Shown: positions 27,682 through 32,000 of the stretch, piece after piece | Layout of the letters: each line of letters opens with the position of its first letter | How positions within the stretch are numbered: the stretch's first letter is position 1 | Source of the DNA: Candidatus Saccharimonadota bacterium | GTDB taxonomy: Bacteria; Patescibacteriota; Gracilibacteria; BD1-5; UBA2023 | Assembly (NCBI GenBank): GCA_963706795.1 | Contig: OY970170.1 | Location: 1,170,001 to 1,202,000 of the forward strand | Direction: 5' to 3' | Length of the DNA stretch: 32,000 bases | Notes under the pieces: model-generated | Seen by the model: only the letters and a program-made list of their open reading frames with translations | What the model was told of the DNA's origin: nothing | Databases searched by the model: none | Position numbers and translations under genes: made by a program

Positions 27682-28662
27682 CTACTTACCAAGATAGCTT
27701 CTGCGATTTGCATTATGCTCCTCATTGGTTCGCGCATAGTGGATATCCCCCCGATCATCATGGAGATAAAAAAGATAATCCGAAGACTCAGGATTGAGTG
27801 CTGCGAGCCACGTATCTTTTGAAGGATTTGAAATCGGCGTTGGCGGCAGTCCTATCTTTTTGCGTGTATTGTAGGGACTCTGACTATCGAGATGATCAAC
27901 GATATATGACGGTGTGCAATCACGAGTCGACATAACCTCCACATAACAGAGCGTTGCATCAGCACCGAGCGCCATTCCGATACGAATACGTTTGAGAAGT
28001 ATCCCCGCAACTGTCGGTTTGTTATCAGGATTACGTTCTTCTTTTTCGAGAATCGATGCGAGAATGAGTGTATCTTTAAAGTCTTTTTTGCGATTTGCTG
28101 GGATCTTGTCATAAATACGTGACTGAAACGTATTTAAAAGCGTTGTAAGAACATCCTGCAGCTTCCCATCTGGTCGTATACGGTAGGTATCAGGATAGAG
28201 CACTCATTCAAGAGTATCGAGTCCAGTCAAGAAAGCATACTTTTGCTTAAGTGTCTTCATATTTGCAGCATCCATATCTCTGAGCGCACCAGACTCCGAA
28301 AGTCAGAGTCCTGTAAGATACGCATCTACATCAGCAATATTCCAGCCTGGTAAAATCGTAATTGTGAGATCTTTGGTAGAAGGCTTCGCTAGAGCGGTTT
28401 GCAGTGCTGAAGCAAAGGTTACAGACTCAGGTATTGAATACGTACCACTTTGAAGCTTAAAACTTGCCTGATTGAGTCGCATATAGGCTTTAAATCGCCA
28501 ATTTGCGATCGGCATGTCGAGTTTTTCGTAGAGACTCGCTGCAGTATCACCTTGAGTTACGGTAATCCGCTTTGGGCCAACCATAACATTAGCTACCGAC
28601 GAAATCAGATAATATACACTGATCACCAAAACGACTACAATAATTCCAAGAAGTTTTTTCAT
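27682..28662 (-). CDS. mltG: endolytic murein transglycosylase MltG/YceG, 326 aa, 2 in-frame TGA
   Basis: ORF-track 28303..28662 (N-terminal TM anchor) and 27682..28203 are in the same frame. They join as ...AYLTGL-G-LSESGALRDMDAANMKTLKQKYAFLTGLDTLE-G-VLYPDTYRI.... Also present: ILASILEKEE and YNTRKKIGLPPTPISNP. Confidence 0.88.
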
Positions 28663-28671
28663 GAAGATATT

Positions 28672-29130
28672 TTAAGGATTCGAGCCAGTAGAAGTGACTC
28701 CTGAGCTATTTGCACCTGACCGAATGTTGCCACTTGCTGATCCTGAAGCAGTAACACCGCTAAAGCTTGCGAGATCACTGACATTTGATTTAAATTCACT
28801 GATCGCTTCCGTAGTTTTTTGGGCAGAATCATATACTTTTTTTGCCTGCTCTACCTTGTTTTCAAGCGTTGATTTGGTTGTGTCAACGGTTGTTCGAGCC
28901 TGATCGATGATATTTTTGGCATTATCAAGGATCCCACCAGTAGCATTTTTGGATTCAATGAGTTTTTCGGAAATTGTATCGGCTCCCGCCTTCCATGCAC
29001 GCATTTGGATATTGGCATTTTGGATACCAAACAGATCCCCAAGTTCATCCGCCTGAGAAGGCAAAAGAAAGACCGCCAGGCAATAGAGCACAGCGATCAC
29101 AACCATTGCAGAGAGAATTCTCACGATCAT
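28672..29130 (-). CDS. membrane-anchored hypothetical protein, 152 aa
   Basis: N-terminal TM (ILSAMVVIAVLYCLAVFLL), a helical middle, and a Ser/Gly-rich tail. Stop is TAA. Confidence 0.6.
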   Translation of the reverse strand: MIVRILSAMVVIAVLYCLAVFLLPSQADELGDLFGIQNANIQMRAWKAGADTISEKLIESKNATGGILDNAKNIIDQARTTVDTTKSTLENKVEQAKKVYDSAQKTTEAISEFKSNVSDLASFSGVTASGSASGNIRSGANSSGVTSTGSNP

Positions 29131-29131
29131 A

Positions 29132-29506
29132 TTACGAAAGAAGATCTGCTATAGAATCCGAATGTTTGAGCTTTTCACGAAGCGCAAGAATGTCATCATC
29201 CTTAATCGCAGGAGTCTGTGAAATAATCGGAGCTTCCATCTGAAAAATGGTTTCTCCACTGAGATTTTGGAGTTTTTGGATGTCAGAAGCGTTTCACATG
29301 ACATTAATTTCAGCCTTGATGACGCCAGAAGCCTTGCAATGAGGACAAAACACTTCCATGTTTACTAATTGACCCGAAGTACCAAGAATCTGGACATCAC
29401 GATCGGTGATCTTCCCTCCGCAACTCTTGCACGCAAAGTGGGCAATCGTGGCTTCGATGATACTTTTCATGATGAGGTAATTCATATGAGGAGAGTTAGT
29501 GATCAA
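29132..29506 (-). CDS. zinc-ribbon-containing hypothetical protein, up to 124 aa, 1 in-frame TGA
   Basis: CKSCGG...N24...CPHCKASG (CxxC...CxxC). ORF-track 29294..29506 reads through TGA 29294-29296 to TAA 29132-29134. The start is uncertain: TTG 29506, ATG 29485 or ATG 29470. Confidence 0.55.
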
Positions 29507-29621
29507 GATGCATTGTACGATGACTCTGTCATTTTCTCAAGGATTCTGTAAGAGGAATGCCTTGACACTTTTGCTACATTCATCTCAGATCTCGTATCTT
29601 TGCTTGTAGAAGAGGCGGAAT

Positions 29622-31091
29622 TTAGATACTCTGGATAAGTCTTTTTACTCGAGTCTTTGCAGTCTCGAGCCCAAGAATACTTGCGAGTTCGAATGCTCCA
29701 GGCGAGAATTCTTCGCCAGAGAGTGCGATACGAAGTGGCCAGAGAACCTGCCCATTTTTTAGTCCTGCCTCAGCAATATGTGCCAAGTAGCCAGTCTTAA
29801 AGGTTTCAAAATCAGAAATATCACTCTGTTTTTCGAGATACGCGAGTGCAATTTCGAGACCATTTTTTGCGGTAGCAAGGTCTTCGATCTTCATCTTTGG
29901 ATTGACGAGAATATCTGATCTTACAGCGCTATCGCCATAGAAAAAAGTCGTGAGAGATTTGTACTCATCGAATCTCTTAAGGCGAGTTTTGAGCTCGTGG
30001 ATGATCGCGAGATTGAGTTTTTCTCCTGCAGGAATAAAAGTAGCAGCATAGAACTCAGGATCGAACTCAGCGAGATGAGCACTGAGTCGAGCATAGAGAT
30101 CAGCGTCATCGAGTTTGCTGATATATTGCGCATTCATCCAGTCAAGCTTTACAGGATCGAGGATCGGACCAGATTTATTCATCCCACTGACATCGAACGC
30201 AGCAATGAGCTCATCCATGCTAAAAATTTCTTGTGTAGTTTTTGGGTTCCAACCAAGAAAGGCGATAAAATTGAGAAGTGCCTCGGGCAAATACCCCTTT
30301 GTAAGATAGCTCTCAACTGCCGTATCCCCTGTACGCTTGGAGAGTTTTTTACCGTCAGCGCCCATAATATTTGGCATGTGCGCAAATTCTGGGAGAGTCA
30401 TACCAAGGCCTCGAGCTACGAGTACCTGCTTAGGGATAGAAGAAATCCATTCTTCTCCGCGGAAAGCATGAGTTACTCACATGAGATAGTCATCGATAAC
30501 GACTGCGCCATGATATGAAGGAAAGCCATCGGACTTAAGAAGAACTTGATCATCTACAACGCTCGAACTCCATTCCATACGCCCCCTGAGAAGATCATGA
30601 AAAACAATAGTCTCCGCCTTTGGAACTTTGAGACGGATTGTATACGATTCGCCGCTTGCAACGCGAGCCTTAGAATCCTCAAGAAGGAGATCCCGACAAC
30701 ATCCATCGTATTTTGTAGGGAGCTTCAAAGCTTCCTGCTCTTCACGAAGGGTTGTAAGACGCTCGCTCGAGCAAAAACAATAATACGCACTTCCATTTTC
30801 TACGAGGGTATGGAGATGCTTTTGATAGATTGGAAGTCGTTGAGACTGAACATACGGACCGTTTCATCCGTCCATATTTGGACCTTCGTCAGGCGCGAGA
30901 CCAAATTTAGCGAGCACTGAGAGGAGATTTTCGGTTGCTCATTCTACAAGTCGCCCCTGATCAGTGTCTTCGACACGAAGCAAGAATGTACCGTTATTCT
31001 TGCGAGCATAGAGATAACAATACAGTGCAGTTCGGAGTCCACCGATATGAACATACCCTGTAGGTGAGGGTGCGAATCGAGTTTTTACCAT
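29622..31091 (-). CDS. gltX: glutamyl-tRNA synthetase, 489 aa, 3 in-frame TGA
   Basis: [23 protein letters not shown]..., KLSKR. The pieces 29622..30401 and 30477..30728 plus the N-terminus join in one frame. TGAs are at 30477 ([16 protein letters not shown]), 30864 (NMDG-G-NGPYVQS) and 30939 (LVE-G-ATE). Confidence 0.93.
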
Positions 31092-31092
31092 A

Positions 31093-31127
31093 GAAAAAAG
31101 AGAGTTCTCAGTATAGCGAGAACTCAG
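31093..31127 (-). terminator. rho-independent terminator between the PKD-protein gene and gltX
   Basis: On the minus strand: GAGTTCTC-gctatact-GAGAACTC followed by TCTTTTTTCT, then the gltX ATG. Confidence 0.7.
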
Positions 31128-31139
31128 GAAACTCCAAGT

Positions 31140-32000
31140 TTAGAATCGAATCTCAAATACTCGTCCGCGAGAATAGATTGCAGATTTATCAGGCGACAAA
31201 ATAGTTGGCACAACTACGTCACAGCTTCGAGCTTCTGCAAGATACTCTGTACTATATGCACACGGACAGCTTGTACAGCTTGCCGCTCCAAAAATCGCAC
31301 CTGTACTCTTCGCACGATCAAAATAACATTGACCACCAACTCAAGTCTGAGTGAGTGCAAAATCATTCCCTTGATAGACATCAACAAAAGGACATCATCC
31401 ATTGGTTTTTGGTCCGGCAACGAGCGGACAGCGATCATCCGAATTAAGTACTCCATCGCCATCCGTATCGATGGACTCTGTAAAGAGAAGCGTGAGATCT
31501 GCAATAGCAGTAGACCCCTGAGAATCACGCACTGTCAGAGAAACTGGAGTTACACCTGGTCGCAAAAATGTATGTACGGGCGAAATCTCAGTCGAAAAGC
31601 TTCCATCCGAAAAATCCCATCGATAGGTATATGGTCCAACTCAACCACTCACCACACCAGTGAATTTTATATCTTGCGGAACCAAACCTGAGAGTTTATT
31701 GGCAGTTGCGGTAACTGAGAGCCCGCGCAGCTGATTTTTTGGAATAGCTGCATCATCACGAATCTCAACTGTAGCAATTGCAGTCGCTGTACGTCCAGTG
31801 TCTTTATCGCGAATAGTGAGGCGCACGAGCCAAGTTCCAGAGCCATCAAGCGCAAATGACTTGAGACAGGCGCCAGATGCAGTCATTTTTTTACCATCTT
31901 GGATTCTCACAAATTCCCAAGAGTATTCGAGATTGCCAGTCGCTTCAGTAATCGCCGAAAATGTGTAATTGGTTTCTTTTTTATCAGGGAAGGTCGTCAC
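31140..32000 (-). CDS. secreted PKD-domain / thrombospondin-type-3-repeat protein, C-terminal 286 aa (5' end lies outside the window), 3 in-frame TGA
   Basis: In frame with ORF-track 31641..32000. All codons from 31140 to 31643 were checked. PKD-like units (YSWEF..DG, PYTYRWDFSDGS) are followed by [27 protein letters not shown] (a TSP3 Ca-binding motif) and a Cys-rich tail. TGAs are at 31641, 31395 and 31341. Stop is TAA at 31140-31142. Confidence 0.75.

Noticed and set aside
14005-31091. valS, gltX, mltG, rluD, ygiD and folA (and xerC and umuC further upstream) appear split into 2-5 fragments, which could suggest a decaying genome full of pseudogenes.
   Set aside because: Every interruption is TGA and never TAA or TAG. 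The fragments are always in the same frame, and the TGA positions coincide with conserved Gly residues. Codon reassignment explains all cases at once.
31214-31528. A 104-aa minus-strand ORF and the overlapping plus-strand ORF 31329..31691.
   Set aside because: Both are out of frame with the PKD/TSP3 protein, which reads continuously from 31140 to 32000 under table 25 and carries recognisable motifs.
1-32000. TGA = Trp (table 4, Mollicutes-type) as an alternative explanation.
   Set aside because: Where I recognise the family, the TGA column is a conserved Gly (DFGGFP, VVGGA, LEGxLYPDTY, SIDEAFLDITG, MGVTH). Conserved Trp positions are encoded by TGG.

Overview
This window only makes sense under translation table 25 (UGA = Gly), the code used by Gracilibacteria/BD1-5 and Absconditabacteria/SR1 (Patescibacteria/CPR). 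I found 49 in-frame TGA codons in 17 coding regions. Every gene I can delimit ends in TAA or TAG. Reading TGA as sense joins the ORF-track fragments into full-length valS, gltX, mltG, rluD, a xerC-like recombinase, umuC, umuD, folA and ygiD. Where I recognise the family, TGA sits at conserved glycine positions.

Content by region:
- 91-7695 (-): one 2534-aa secreted/surface protein. It has a signal/anchor, about 14 copies of a ~95-100 aa repeat I cannot place, 7 Ig-like repeats, an FN3-like module, Gly and Thr/Pro linkers, and two SH3b domains.
- 7.9-9.5 kb (+): a umuD-umuC-like operon preceded by a perfect palindrome. The same half-sites recur directly upstream of lexA at 27.6 kb, so this is a candidate SOS operator.
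- 9.5-14 kb: an accessory-looking stretch. It holds a tyrosine recombinase with an upstream inverted repeat, two micro-ORFs with their own SD and terminators, an orphan AbiEi-like protein with very dense TGA use, and a 599-aa membrane protein of unknown function.
- 14-32 kb (mostly - strand): housekeeping genes. In coordinate order these are valS, a hypothetical, folA, ygiD, a small secreted protein, nrdB, an unknown gene, nrdA (with two NrdR-box-like palindromes upstream of it), rluD, ndk, lexA, mltG, a membrane protein, a zinc-ribbon protein, gltX, and a partial PKD/TSP3 surface protein.

I found no rRNA, tRNA, CRISPR array, transposase or reverse transcriptase. All functional calls rest on motif recognition by eye; no database search was possible.
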